A stretch of DNA of 64,000 bases from Patescibacteria group bacterium (GTDB lineage Bacteria; Patescibacteriota; UBA1384; CAJBMM01), in NCBI GenBank assembly GCA_041660565.1, contig JBAZWC010000001.1:366481-430480 (forward strand), in the 5' to 3' direction. A program made the position numbers and the translations under genes. The notes below the pieces were generated by a model that was given only the letters and a program-made list of their open reading frames with translations, ran no database searches and was not told the DNA's origin. Below are positions 1 to 12,100 of the stretch, piece by piece; the stretch's first letter is position 1, and each line of letters begins with the position of its first letter.

Positions 1-190
1 AAAGGAGACAATGGATGACCGAAGACGCCTAAAAAAGGATAACAAGGGATTGTAAAGGACAGCAAAGGGAGACAATGAAAGCCGTCCCATAGTTGCCCTT
101 AGGGATTCCCTAGCCATCCTAAGTATTCCTTTAATCTTATTTCCCATTTTTGCCATCATTACCCTTATAATCCTTATGATATTTATCTTT
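1..190. repeat. Family A degenerate ~10-nt tandem repeats forming an inverted pair (GG-arm then CC-arm); left flank of four-helix-bundle gene 1
   Basis: aaaaaaggat aacaagggat tgtaaaggac agcaaaggga gacaatgaaa (31-80) followed by complementary CC-rich units (84-185) running into the gene's last codons. Confidence 0.8.
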
Positions 191-712
191 CGTTGGATCG
201 TAGCCATTCTTTATTACATCTTGTAACCATTTCTCATCCTCGACAGCTTTTTTACCTTCTTCATAGCGGAGTTTGGCCAATCTTTGACTTTCTGAAATTA
301 GCCCTTGTTCCCCCACCATCACCTCAATTTTATCCATTTGATTTTTTAGCATTGTTTTTTCGCCCATGCACAGTTTGATTATTTTACTTATTTCCCCTAA
401 TGTCCCATCGCGATCCGTTACAATCCTTAACCCTCCCTTGATATCCTTTTCTAGAGCCATGCTATCCTCTAGTAATTCTAATAACGATCCGTTGGAAAAA
501 CCCAGAAATTCGTAATATTGCTTGGAATTGTTGCGCCCGTACCCTTCTGAAATGTTGCGAGTAACCGACCGTGCTGAATCTACCATGTGGCCAATGAGCC
601 GGCTGTCTTTGATGGGATGAAGGTTTGCAGCGGTAAATTGTTTTACTAATGCATATATTTCTTCACCTTGGGTGTATGTTAGCAAAGCTTTATAACCTAA
701 TGGGTTTCTCAT
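137..712 (-). CDS. Four helix bundle protein (23S rRNA IVP / TIGR02436-like)
   Basis: GYKALLTY...HMVDSARSVTRNISEGYGR...YYEFLGFSNGSLLELLED family signature; SD GGAGG upstream. Confidence 0.85.
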   Translation of the reverse strand: MRNPLGYKALLTYTQGEEIYALVKQFTAANLHPIKDSRLIGHMVDSARSVTRNISEGYGRNNSKQYYEFLGFSNGSLLELLEDSMALEKDIKGGLRIVTDRDGTLGEISKIIKLCMGEKTMLKNQMDKIEVMVGEQGLISESQRLAKLRYEEGKKAVEDEKWLQDVIKNGYDPTKDKYHKDYKGNDGKNGK

Positions 713-726
713 AGGTCCCTCCAGTT

Positions 727-840
727 TAAGGATGATAAGGGATAGCTAGGGGTTACTATGGAACACAAGGCACCCTCGTTACCCCTCGCCATCCATTGAT
801 CTCCCTTGTTATCCTTCGTTGTTGCCATTTGTATTCCTTC
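727..840. repeat. Family A 10-nt repeat hairpin; right flank of four-helix-bundle gene 1
   Basis: taaggatga taagggatag ctaggggtta ctatggaaca caagg, then ccctcgttac ccctcgccat ccattgatct cccttgttat ccttcgttgt. Confidence 0.85.
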
Positions 841-859
841 ATTTAAAATTTAAAATTAG

Positions 860-3800
860 TTATTTAATGTTCACTGTTCCTGTTCCAATATTTATGGTTC
901 CGCCGTTAATTTGGGTGCTTTTTACCGTGCCACCAAACGTCCAGTTGGTATTATTGGTGCCATCGTGGCTGGTACCATTGTTAGCCAAAATGGCACTACC
1001 ACCACTAACCGAAGCATCGGACCGCGAAACATTAACGTACGAGACGCTCTGCGTGCCGGTAACTTTGGTTAGCCAAGTACCAGATGTGGCAGAATTGCGG
1101 AAGAAAATCATCCTACCCAAACTACCCACCCAGTTGATATTGTTCCAAGTATAAGTATCGCCACTGTGGTACTGCACCCTACAACTTGGTGTGGTTATAG
1201 CATAGGTGTTGGTGGCTGTGGCGGCGGCACCAAAAATGATGCCGGGAACAAAGCCGGTGCGTTCATCGTCCGATGCATCGGTGCCAGACGGGTTAGATAG
1301 TGTTAGATTATAAAACGCGTTTGCGCCGGTCATTGTGCCGGAAAGCGTTTGCTGCCCCACCCCGTTCATATTTATTGTACCAGAGTTGGCGGTGAAAGTA
1401 CCCGAGTTGGTATAGTTACCGGAGACGGTAAGTGGGGCGGTTGATGAGGCGGTAAATAAGCCTTGGGAAGATATGTTCAAGTTTCCAAGGTTGAGGGTAC
1501 GGTCGTTTGTTTCGTTATCAAAGGTAGTAGTCCGAATATCGTCGCTCTTACCCACGTTCATGGTTGTGGCAGAAATTACGCCGGTTCCTCCGGTAGCAGC
1601 GGTAATGGTATAATTATTAGTTACTGAAGGGTTAGAGAAAGTTAAAGTGTCAAACACCCAGTTAAGCGCGCCACTGGTTGAGCCAAAATTCTTGGAGGCC
1701 ATAACCCGATTCTCTACCGTGCTCCCCGTACCCATATTAAAAGTGCCAGATCCAGAGATAGTACCGGGGACAGTGAGATCATTGTTCCCTCCAGAAACGG
1801 TGCCGTTGTTGATGAGATCAAAAGAATTGGATGCGATAGAGAGGGTGGAGTGGTTAGAAGCTCCTCCATCGAAGCTCATGGTAGTGGCTGCAGCTACGGT
1901 AACGGTGTCATCGTTTTGCTGAGGAGAAACTGTCTTGGTGGTGTTGGTATCACCCGAGGCATCCCACACTACGAAGGAATATTGGTCTCCCACCACATAC
2001 GCAGTTGGCGAGCCACCATCAATTTTAAAACTAACATTTACTCCCGCATTGGTATCAGTAAAAGTAGAACCAACGGTAGCGTTACCAACGCTTACCTCAT
2101 CACGATAGATGGCGAAGGTAGTAGCATCGGTGGCTGAGGCACGATAGGCGTAGGGACCGGCTGATAAATCGGAGGTACTAAGATCGTAGTTGAGGTCGGT
2201 GTCTTCCGTACCGGTACCATAGTAACTATGAACCGAAGCGGACTTTTCCCAAGAGTTTGAAGCATAATCATACTTGTCTGTTTCTTCGGCTTGAGGGGTC
2301 TCCGCAACAGCTGTTGGGGTGGTATACGCTCCCCAGATTTTGGTCACACCACCCGAGCCGGCATCTTTTTTAGAAATTATTCCAGAAGAATTTGCTGATG
2401 TAATCCCGTTAATTGTTGAAGTTAGTGTTGTATTATATAAGGTTAAATAATTGGATGAAGATGAAGCCCTAAAATCGTAAGTATTAGCTCCCAAACTTCC
2501 AAAGTTTCCGTTAATAATTGAATTTCCGGACGACGATAAACTAAGCTGAAATGCATATGTATTGCTGTAGAGAGATGGGGAAACGAAAATATTGTTATTA
2601 CTTGCCCCTAAATAATATAATCCGCGATATGAGTCATGTATTGTTAAGTTATTAAATATATTTTTCCCAACACTATTACCCAAATGGATTCCTTCTAATG
2701 CATAAGAGATATTAACGTTATAAAAATAGTTATTTGTAGACGTCCCTATTGATATTGGATACGAAGTATATCCAATTAGGTTTAGGTTTGATACAAATAT
2801 TCCGTTACCATTCAAACCAAGTGCTCCACGAATAATATCACTATCATAAATTTGGTTGTTGCTTGTCAAAGTTGGCGAACTAGATGTGAAAGTTGAATTT
2901 GAAACAATGTTCCCGCGACTCTGAAGACTTACAGCATGACCACTGTAAAACAAGCATTGATCGATCAAGTTATAGCCAACCCCGGTAATTATGTATATTC
3001 CTTGTTTATACGCTTGTTGAACTGTGGTCTTGACAATTCCTTTTGAGTAGGTTGCGTTATTATTTTTACCGCCACCTAAATACATGGCGTAGTTATTTTT
3101 TTTAATCCATGTGTAATTTACTGAAACTCCTTCGTTGGCATTTGCTCCATTAACAGCTCCTGTGGCAATACCGGCATAAATGCCATTTGTCCCCCTACCT
3201 AAATTACATACATCTGCATGGTTCATCACCGTTTCAGAACCAGTAGGCGCAGAATAGTATGGGGCTTTGGTGCTGTCCACTGTTGATGTGCATGCCGTAC
3301 CTGATTGGGCAGTCAAATGCGCAAACTGTTCGATCTCATAGTGATCAGTTGCTTGTAGCCCATCCGAAATATGGGCTGTGTGGCCAGTAGCAAGAGAAGT
3401 AATTGTGCCCGGATAGGGCACTACAGAAAAAGAGTCGAACGAGGAACCACAAGCAGCATCGGCATTAATTGAAGTTCTAATTAAAAAATAATCAGAAGAG
3501 GTTTCGTCATATAGGTACCTTCCGGCTTGCTGGTTGTCAGCCGTGATAAGAGTAGTTGAGTCAGAACAAACCTTGCGTCCGCTACCAGATCCCGATACTG
3601 TTTCGGTGAAGGAAGCTGAGGCGGTGGTAGTGTAGGTAAGCTCGGTGGTGGTGTTAGAGGTAATGGGGTAGATGAGGCCTTCAGCCAGTCCTGAGCTGAT
3701 GCGTAAATATTTATTGGCTTCGGAGTTTGTAGTCCACTCCGCAGAACGAGCGGTATCGGTGAGAGTGGTTTCGGTAGCTCCGGTTGAGGCTTGATCTGCA

Positions 3801-4693
3801 TAGTCCAGGGATCCGAGCATCTGTACCTTTCCCGTTGACTCGTTTTGGATGTAGGTGTCAGAGTTGGTGTTATCTGAGTTGAGCCTTAGGATGGTGTTCT
3901 TGTTGATAATAAGGTTACCCTGTCCTGCTCCAGAGGTGAAGCCAACCTCTACGAAGCAGTTGGTACAGTTAGCAGGAGAAGCGTTGTTGTTGATGTCAAT
4001 GGTAACGGTGCTTCCAGGGGCCAAACCACTCATGGTTTGCAGAGTGGCAGTGTAGCCTGAGGCATAGGCAATCTTAGTCTCGCCATTCACTTCAAGAGAG
4101 TCACCGGTACCGTTTCCAACTGTGACAGTGCCGTAGTTAATCACTAGGGTATCGGCAGCGTTAGCAGCTGAGACTATCATAGGATCTTCGATGGTCCAGG
4201 TAGGGTTGTTCCCTGATCCGGCGTCAAAGATCACCTTATAGAAGGAGCTGGTACCGTTGAGGGTTCCTGAGAGGGAGTAGGAGCCTGAGGTGGCAGTAAA
4301 CTTGACTGTACTGGTACTGGCGGTAAAGGTACCTAAGTTACTCCAGGAGCCGGTGGTGCTAATGGTGTAGCTTCCTCCATTTAAGGTGGCGCCGCTGTCT
4401 ATAGTTATTGATGTAACAGCCGCGGTGGTAACATCTACCGTGATATCTTGCGCCGCAGCAATCTGCACGCTGTCAGCGGTGGTGGGAACTCTGCCGCACG
4501 TCCAGCTGGCAGTGCTGTTCCAGCTACCGGCCCCGCCGGCTTGAGATACACAGGCAGAAGCATGCGTCGTTTTCGCACCAAAGAATAGCCAGAGAACACC
4601 AATAGTAGCGAAAACGAAAATTCTAAGCACGAAATTCGAAGCACGAAACAAATTCTTAAATTCAAAATTAAAAATACTTAAACTTTTATTCAT
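860..4693 (-). CDS. Large secreted/surface protein with parallel beta-helix region and adhesin-like repeats
   Basis: 1277 aa; signal peptide ending THA; WNSTASWTCGRVP N-terminal motif; Asn/Ile-rich PbH1-like repeats in the middle; T/S/G-rich. Confidence 0.75.
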   Translation of the reverse strand: MNKSLSIFNFEFKNLFRASNFVLRIFVFATIGVLWLFFGAKTTHASACVSQAGGAGSWNSTASWTCGRVPTTADSVQIAAAQDITVDVTTAAVTSITIDSGATLNGGSYTISTTGSWSNLGTFTASTSTVKFTATSGSYSLSGTLNGTSSFYKVIFDAGSGNNPTWTIEDPMIVSAANAADTLVINYGTVTVGNGTGDSLEVNGETKIAYASGYTATLQTMSGLAPGSTVTIDINNNASPANCTNCFVEVGFTSGAGQGNLIINKNTILRLNSDNTNSDTYIQNESTGKVQMLGSLDYADQASTGATETTLTDTARSAEWTTNSEANKYLRISSGLAEGLIYPITSNTTTELTYTTTASASFTETVSGSGSGRKVCSDSTTLITADNQQAGRYLYDETSSDYFLIRTSINADAACGSSFDSFSVVPYPGTITSLATGHTAHISDGLQATDHYEIEQFAHLTAQSGTACTSTVDSTKAPYYSAPTGSETVMNHADVCNLGRGTNGIYAGIATGAVNGANANEGVSVNYTWIKKNNYAMYLGGGKNNNATYSKGIVKTTVQQAYKQGIYIITGVGYNLIDQCLFYSGHAVSLQSRGNIVSNSTFTSSSPTLTSNNQIYDSDIIRGALGLNGNGIFVSNLNLIGYTSYPISIGTSTNNYFYNVNISYALEGIHLGNSVGKNIFNNLTIHDSYRGLYYLGASNNNIFVSPSLYSNTYAFQLSLSSSGNSIINGNFGSLGANTYDFRASSSSNYLTLYNTTLTSTINGITSANSSGIISKKDAGSGGVTKIWGAYTTPTAVAETPQAEETDKYDYASNSWEKSASVHSYYGTGTEDTDLNYDLSTSDLSAGPYAYRASATDATTFAIYRDEVSVGNATVGSTFTDTNAGVNVSFKIDGGSPTAYVVGDQYSFVVWDASGDTNTTKTVSPQQNDDTVTVAAATTMSFDGGASNHSTLSIASNSFDLINNGTVSGGNNDLTVPGTISGSGTFNMGTGSTVENRVMASKNFGSTSGALNWVFDTLTFSNPSVTNNYTITAATGGTGVISATTMNVGKSDDIRTTTFDNETNDRTLNLGNLNISSQGLFTASSTAPLTVSGNYTNSGTFTANSGTINMNGVGQQTLSGTMTGANAFYNLTLSNPSGTDASDDERTGFVPGIIFGAAATATNTYAITTPSCRVQYHSGDTYTWNNINWVGSLGRMIFFRNSATSGTWLTKVTGTQSVSYVNVSRSDASVSGGSAILANNGTSHDGTNNTNWTFGGTVKSTQINGGTINIGTGTVNIK
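4618..4690. repeat. Family B heptamer arm; left flank of four-helix-bundle gene 2, lying inside the 5' end of the 1277-aa gene
   Basis: aaattct aagcacg aaattcg aagcacg aaacaaa (4618-4652). Confidence 0.85.
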
Positions 4694-5064
4694 TACTTTT
4701 CCAATTTTTGAATAATTGATCCCAAAATTAACATTAGTTCTTTAGCTTCATTTTGTAGACTTGTTTTTTGTTTATCTGATTCGGAATTTTCTTCTACATA
4801 AATTAGATTTAACCAATAGCATGTTTCTTTAGCTTCTTTTCTAGAGATTTTCATTCTCATAACAAGATCTTTCTTGCTGAGTGAATCGTTAGCTTCAAGA
4901 TAGTTTGCTCCAATAGAACCAGAAGAACGAACGACTTGTTTTCCGTCCTCAATATTTGCAATTGTTTTAGGTAAATTACGGATAAACACCCTAACATCAC
5001 GGGCAAATTTAGCCGTTCTTTCTTCTAAGTCATAAATTGGGGTCGGATTTTGGTTCATTGTCAT
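4693..5064 (-). CDS. Four helix bundle protein (TIGR02436-like)
   Basis: YDLEERTAKFA...KQVVRSSGSIGANYLEANDSLSKKD...ISRKEAKETCYWL. Confidence 0.92.
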   Translation of the reverse strand: MTMNQNPTPIYDLEERTAKFARDVRVFIRNLPKTIANIEDGKQVVRSSGSIGANYLEANDSLSKKDLVMRMKISRKEAKETCYWLNLIYVEENSESDKQKTSLQNEAKELMLILGSIIQKLEK

Positions 5065-5077
5065 TTCTTGTTTTTAA

Positions 5078-5136
5078 TTTAAAATTTATGTGCTTTTAAT
5101 TTGTTTCGAATTTGGTGCTTCGTGCTTAGTGCTTTT
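5078..5136. repeat. Family B heptamer arm, inverted; right flank of four-helix-bundle gene 2, lying inside the 3' end of the 358-aa gene
   Basis: tttgttt cgaattt ggtgctt cgtgctt agtgctt (5100-5134), reverse-complementary in register to 4618-4652. Confidence 0.85.
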
Positions 5137-6155
5137 CTAAACAGATGTTTTATGCCATTCCAAATACTTCGTCTAAATCTGATTATCGCAAAACAAACCA
5201 GTACTATCGCCCCCATCAACCACCACGGTAGAATCCAGATCACGCGCTCCGAATACATTGCCGGGAACCCGTTGACGGAAAAGATAGTTAGCTTGGCGGT
5301 GTAGCGGCCAAACATCAGACCGGAACCTCGCCATTTTGTGCTATACGAACCGGTGTTGTCGGGGTATAGCATTTTGCCGCTCGAACTGATCGCCGTAATA
5401 CCAACCTCATTATTCTTGTAGTTGTAAAATGTAACGTTTCCACTTGGACGAATGGCGGTGGTAGTTGGATTGGAAATGGTGGCGGACAACTTGAGCGTTG
5501 GCGTAAGCGCAACTCGACTGAGCGAGAAATTAGTGATACTTGGAGTAACAGACGCTACGGTTTGGTTTGGATTATAAACCGTTAGGCGAATGAATGCCGC
5601 GTCACCCACACCAAACTGCATCGCTCCATAATAACTACCGGGCTTAGCTGATTTTGGCACATACACAGAATAATTGACTTCGCCTTTTTGACTAGCGTTG
5701 ATAGTAATTTTGGGATTTGAAACAGTTATATAAGGAAGAGTTTCCGATTTATTAGCTTGAATAGTGTTGGTGCTATTTTCTGAAGCTAATTTTAGATCAC
5801 CGGATGCTTGGTCTGGTGCGGCGCCTGTAACAGTAGCGTTTAGATTTACCGTCGAAGTGGTTTGGTTGATAATGCGCACAACTTGATTTTGAAAGCCACC
5901 TTGTGCAAGCGAGATTTCAGCAGTAGTGGGATTTAAGAAAAGCGGCTGCGTAGATGCATGGGCTGATCCGGTTAAGATGGCGAAACCGACAAATATTCCG
6001 ATGGTAACCACCACAAAGGAACACAAGGGATCATGATGGATAATGGGGGAAGACAAAGTAGCCCTAGTTATCCTTCGGGCAGCTCTTATAATCCTTAGCC
6101 GTCCTTTGGTAAGAAGTTTAAAAATTAAAAATTGGGATTTGAGATTTATTTTCAT
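5079..6155 (-). CDS. Membrane-anchored surface protein, DUF916/WxL-interacting-like Ig folds
   Basis: Signal peptide ending AHA; VPKSAKPGSYYG and GRYTAKL motifs; C-terminal WILPWW transmembrane helix with basic tail. Confidence 0.65.
   Translation of the reverse strand: MKINLKSQFLIFKLLTKGRLRIIRAARRITRATLSSPIIHHDPLCSFVVVTIGIFVGFAILTGSAHASTQPLFLNPTTAEISLAQGGFQNQVVRIINQTTSTVNLNATVTGAAPDQASGDLKLASENSTNTIQANKSETLPYITVSNPKITINASQKGEVNYSVYVPKSAKPGSYYGAMQFGVGDAAFIRLTVYNPNQTVASVTPSITNFSLSRVALTPTLKLSATISNPTTTAIRPSGNVTFYNYKNNEVGITAISSSGKMLYPDNTGSYSTKWRGSGLMFGRYTAKLTIFSVNGFPAMYSERVIWILPWWLMGAIVLVCFAIIRFRRSIWNGIKHLFRKALSTKHQIRNKLKAHKF
6011..6110. repeat. Gene-less family A hairpin inside the signal-peptide coding region
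   Basis: ccacaaagga acacaaggga tcatgatgga taatggggga agacaaagta / gccctagtta tccttcgggc agctcttata atccttagcc gtcctttggt. Confidence 0.8.
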
Positions 6156-6160
6156 TTTAC

Positions 6161-9100
6161 CTAATTCAAGCTAATGTTTATCAACACAGATGGTAGGATA
6201 TTTGATGCGTTGGTTTTGACTGCGCCAAAGCAAGAGTTAACCGCACCAATTTCAGTTGAATCAACCGCGCCCGCCGTGGTGGAGGTAACAGCGCAAGTGT
6301 TACGAACAGCCCCAAAGATGGCTTTTACATAAGCTTGGCCGTTAGTCATCATTATTGCTTGGCCACTGGCCGAATTTCCAACCACAATTACTCCGGCGGC
6401 ACCGGTCATAGACGCTACGCCGGTTTGCTTGACTTGGTTGTCTGCCGAGGTATCATTAATAACTGCGCTGGCAGGCTCTGTGGCGGCTGCGGTGTTGGTA
6501 TAGACGAATGTGCCACCGATAAAGAACCTTGTATCGACTATGTTTGATACGGTGTTAATCCCCGTTGTCGCTTTGGCGATAACTACTGTTGGATAGTTAG
6601 CGTTGTACGCTGGCAAATCTACCGACTTATGCACTTCACAAGCTTGTCCGGTGGTTGAAGCGGTACCACTTGCAGTAAGGTAAACGTATTCAATAGACGA
6701 AGCATCCAACGCAAGGCTTGAATCAGAATTTACAACACAACGGGAAATCTTGGTTGGGCTGGAAATGCTGTCAGAGGTATAAACTGAGCCAGCGGCAATT
6801 TTAATATTAAGCCCAGCGTCTATGCTTGGTTTTAAGGCACTGGTGGCTGAAGTTAAATCTCCCGCTACTGTTCCAGAGTTTGGATCTACACCGACAATCG
6901 GCACACCCGGCAAGCTGTTGCCTGAGGCTATTTTACCTGTTACATCAACAGTAAACACCGATACTGAAGAGCTATTCTTTATGGATAGCAGATCACCAGT
7001 TTGATCTTGCGCTGCGCTGATTGCCAAGGCGGTATCGGCCGCATTTGCCGATCTAATTACCACCGATCCAGCGTTTACCGTACCAGCAGTTATGGTGGTT
7101 GCATTTAGCGTGGTAGTGGTAATTACCGTTGCCATGTTGTTTATCTGAGATTGTAGACTGGCGGTAGTAGTTAATAACGAATTAATCTTTGGCGTGGCGT
7201 CGGTGATAAAGGCATCGTGAGATTGCAATATTGGCAAGTAAAGTACGGCCAGTTGGTTGTATTTAACACCGGTTATCTCGCCTGCAGCATTTCTAATTAC
7301 CAAATCTGGCACGTGCTGGTCTGTTTCTTCAGCAATCAACCCAAAATCTTGTAATCCCGGGGTAGATGAATTTTGATTCCAGGTAAAGTTAACCGGCCGT
7401 AAGGATAAAATTGCACTGGAATCAATTACCTTGGTGGTGATATCGGTTTTATACTTTAGCGACGACGATTGCGGAATAATTGAGGTGCCATTTAAGACCA
7501 ATGCGGTTCCGGCTCCAGCTGCGGCCAGAGTAGCGTCTAATGTCCCTGTAATTGTGGCATTGCCGGTAACAGTTAACCCGGCTGCGGCTGTTAATTCTGT
7601 AACGTTATAAGTTACACCGGCAGTGTTAAGATTGACGATATCAGTACCGGTTCCAACTGTGATTGTCTTTCCACCGGTTGAAGTGATGGATGAGTTCTCG
7701 GCAAAAACCAGGTTGGACGCGTTACCAGACGCTCCTAATAATAACTGATTAGTACCGGTGCCTTGCAAAATCAAATTACCGCTTGAACTAGATATTATGC
7801 CATCAGTTCCATCGTGTGTTAACTGAACGTAGTCAGTATTATCCGAAGCATAAACCCGCAAGTAGTTTTGGGCGCTTGCCATATTGATGTTGGCGATTCC
7901 GGTTGACGCCTGTAAATTAACATCGCCGCCTTGCGCAATTAGCGAATATGCCGCAGCTCCGGTTGAGGCAGTGCCTGAATATGTACCGCCTGACAACGTC
8001 CCACCTGAAATTGTGGCGCCATTAATCGTACCGGCTGCGGTGATAACACCGGCTGAGGAAACTGCGAATTTTGACACACCATTCAATTGCGCATCGATAA
8101 GATTACCAGTAAATCCGGTAGCGGCGTTGACACCGATGCCAGTACCGGCAGTAGACCATCCTGTTGAAGTGGTACCGGCGGGTTCGACTAGTAGTTGAGG
8201 CTTGGTAGTGGTAGCATCGCCCCCCGAGAACCAAGTGCCCGTCAACAACGCGGCGGGAGTAGAAGCGGCACCGTTCGATTGGCTGATTAGCTGTCCGGCT
8301 GCAATCTGCAACGCATAGTTTGCCGTAGTTGCACCGGATGCGGTTAAGTAAGCGGCAACGTTAGTGCCGGAAGTTGCGTTGGTGTTTGTAACACTGGAAT
8401 AAAGTCCGTAAGCAGTGAAGGCGGTATTTGCGTTAGCCCCAGAAACGGCGATGTTAAGCGCTTTGCCTGATCCACTAGCTGTACCGGCGGTGGATGTAAC
8501 CGCCAAGTTAGCCAGATTGCCCGAAGTAAGCGAGCTTGACGAAACATCAACCAAATTTCCAGTGGTAAGAGAGTTGCCTTGAACAGACATCCCCGCAGAT
8601 GTGCCGGTTTGAGTGGTATTAGATGATGCCACCGCCAAGTTGCCGGTAATTGATTGGTTACCAACGATAGTGCTTCCGGTTGAGGTACTGGCACCAGCAG
8701 CTGAGATAGAGAATTTGGAAACGCTGTTTACTTGTAAGTCTAATAGATTTGCCGATTGTCCGGTGGCAGCGTTAACCAGTAAAGCTGTTGACGTGTTGCC
8801 GGAGTTGTTTACGACCAAACCAGTGGCTGCGGTAAGAGTAGCAACATTGTAGGTAACGGTTGCGACATTCAAATTAAATACATCAGCGCCATTTCCAACA
8901 GTAATAGTCTTACCACCTCCGTCGGCTCCACCTAGCGTTGAGCTTTCTTGGAATAACAAGTTTACCGCGGTACCGGTGCTACCTAAAATAAATTGGCTAG
9001 TGCCAGACCCGGTAAGTTGGAGCTCACCGGAGCTACTCGAAATAACTGCATTAGTACCATCATGAGTTAACTCAGCGTATTTTGTACCGGCCGAATCATA

Positions 9101-12100
9101 AACACGTAGGTAGTTTTGTACTCCGGAAGTATTAATCGCCACAATACCGGTGGTTGGTTGCAAGGCAAGGTTAGTGGCAGCTGGGGTAACGATGGTGCCA
9201 ATTGATAACACATCGCCAGCAGTGGCAGTGGATATTGTAGTACCACTCCTGGACCAATATCCTACCGATCCGGTGCTAGACGCCACTAGAGTGCCGGCAA
9301 TAGTTAAATTACCCGCAGAATCAAGTTTAAATATTGACACTCCACCAACCTGCCAATTTGCCAAGTCTGCCGCAGAACCGGCTCCGCTTCCCGGAGCATT
9401 CATGCCAAAATAAGTACCACCATTTGCAGCAGCATTTCCACCAACTATGGCGCTACCAACCTGAATTACTGACGCCGTAGATGATGCAGCCGGCACCGTG
9501 GATACAACCAACGAAGTACCAGAGACTTGATTAAACGTACCGGTTGACGCGGTCAATACTCCACCGGTGATAGTGGCGGTGCCATCGGTAAGTGTACCAC
9601 CTTGAATAGTGCCGGTGGCGGTTACGGACGCGCCCGAAACTCCACCAGTAGCGCTAAACGATGCCGCAGAAACCGCTCCAGAGAACGATCCGGTGGTACC
9701 ACCTGCGATAGATCCGGTATTAATAATTCCTGTAGAATTTAGATTCAATCCGCCAGCTGTAACTGTGACTCCACCAGCGGTAACCGCAAGACCGCCAGCA
9801 GTTATCCCAATTCCTCCACTGGTGACTGTAAGCAACCCGGTAAAGTTAGAGGTGCCGTTGACATCAAATTTGTATGCTCCAGGTGCGGCACCAACCCCAA
9901 TATTCCCACCGTCTGTGCCCAAAATAATATTGCCAGTGCTTACATCACCAAGTGTGATTGTACCGGTGCCTTTGGCATTAATGGTAAGGTTTTCATTGGC
10001 GGCAGATGAAATCGTCGAAATATCAGCTCCGGATCCTGCCGCTTTGGCGGTAATCTTAATTCCGGTTGCCGCGCTGGCCGCTGAGGAATCAACCTGTAGC
10101 GAGTAATACGTTGAAGTAGTGGACGGTGCCACTATTAACGCGGTTGCCGAAGCATCTGAAGTGATAAGTGAACCCACTTTAAGAGTAGCGTAGGTTGATG
10201 CGCCAAGCCTTGAATACAAATCAAACCTGTCTGAGGCACCGGTCCATTGCAACGCTGCATAAGTACTTTTAACCGGGCCAAGATAAAACTGAATCTGCTG
10301 GCTATCAACATTGTCGGTAGCTTGATTGGTATCAATTGTAAACGACAATGACGATGTTCCATTCACGTTTGTTGACCCAATGTTTAGATTGTCAAAATAA
10401 CCGGTGTCAAAGTGCGCGGAGGACGATCCTAAATTAATCCCTGCCCCAGTTGGCACGATACTGGAATTCGTAGCAATGTTTGACCCGGATAATGTTAGAG
10501 CGGTCGACCCACCCACACTTAAAGTGGCGCCGGTTACTGAACCAAGGGATACGATGTTACCGGCAGAATCGATGGTGGCCACGTTACTACCGTTACCTTG
10601 AACCTGAAACTTTCCCGTAGATCCAGTAGCGATGTTGACACTAAAGTTGGCATCGGTAGCGGTATTCGACAAAACAACAGTAAGATCCCTGGCATCGGAA
10701 GTGGTGATTGTATTACCGTTTTCGTATGCTGCTTGCAATGTGGCACCAGAACCTACCCCTGCGCAAGACCCAAACACCGGAGTACCTGACCCATCTGCGA
10801 CTAAACATTGCCCGGATACACCAGCCGCCGTTACGCTAACATTGCCTGTACCATTACCGTACATAACCCCTTTACTGGTAATAGTGGTTAGCCCTGTGCC
10901 GCCATGCTGAACATCAATTGCCGAGCCTTGCCAACTACCAGATGTAATTGGCGATCCGAAAGCAAAACCCGCTCCTGCGCCTGTAGCCGTAAAGGTAGTC
11001 AGCCCATTTGCCGCTACCGTGGTTGTGTAATAGTTGCTGTTATCATACTTAACTGTTAATTGTGGTGCGGTGGTTGAGGTAATAGTAACTGGCACCGAGA
11101 AATCACCGCCCGAGCTGCTACCGATAAACGCGCCTGCAATATTAACATTTCCGTCTTTATCTACCTTGAATTTAGATACTCCATTGCCTTGAAGATTGAT
11201 AAAGTCAGCTGCCGATCCGGCACCAGATGCGGGAGCATTTACACTGATATACGTACCTCCGTTGGCTGCCGCATTGCCGCCAACTAAGGCATTGCCAATT
11301 TGGATGACCGAAGATGTGGCCGATGCAGCGGGGAGAGTAGAAACCACCATTGAATTACCTGAAACTTGATTCAAATTGAGAGAAGTGGCGGTGATGGCAC
11401 CACCCGTAATTGTCGCTGTTCCATCAGTCAAAGTACCGCCCTGAACCGTACCTGTTGCGGTTACCGATGCACCGGAAATTCCACCAGTAGAAGTAAGCGA
11501 ACCGACAGTGACCGGCTTAGCAAACGTAAACGCTGCCCCCGCTCCCGCCCCATTAAATGTGGTAGCGCCATTGGCAGCAACCGAAGCGGTAAAGTAGTTT
11601 GACGCATCATATCCCACAGTCAATTGTGGAGTAGTAGTAGAAGTTACAGATATTGGAGAAGTAAACTCTCCTGAGGAAGACCCGCCTGACATGACCGTCC
11701 CCGATATGGTAAGGTTTCCACTCGAATCAACTTTAAAGATCGAAGTGCCACCAACTTGTAAATTTATCATGTCACCGACATAACCAGCCGTACTGTTGAC
11801 TCCAAGGTAAGTGCCACTGGCGTTGCCACCAGTGATTGGCGATCCAAGCTGTAGTAATGAGGCGGCATTTGAGGCAACCGGCGCGCTCGAAATTGACACG
11901 GAACCACTAGTGTTACTGTAAATGACGCTGCTTGCACCAGTGCCCGGCTCCATATTCTGCAACTTGTCCGAGTTGATAGCACTGGCAACCGTGCCCAACT
12001 GACGGCGCGGAACTAATTCCGGGTCGGTCCCAATACGAATACCGATAAATAGGTTGTTCGATGAAAAGTCGAGCGAGGATGAAAATGCGGTAGATGATCC

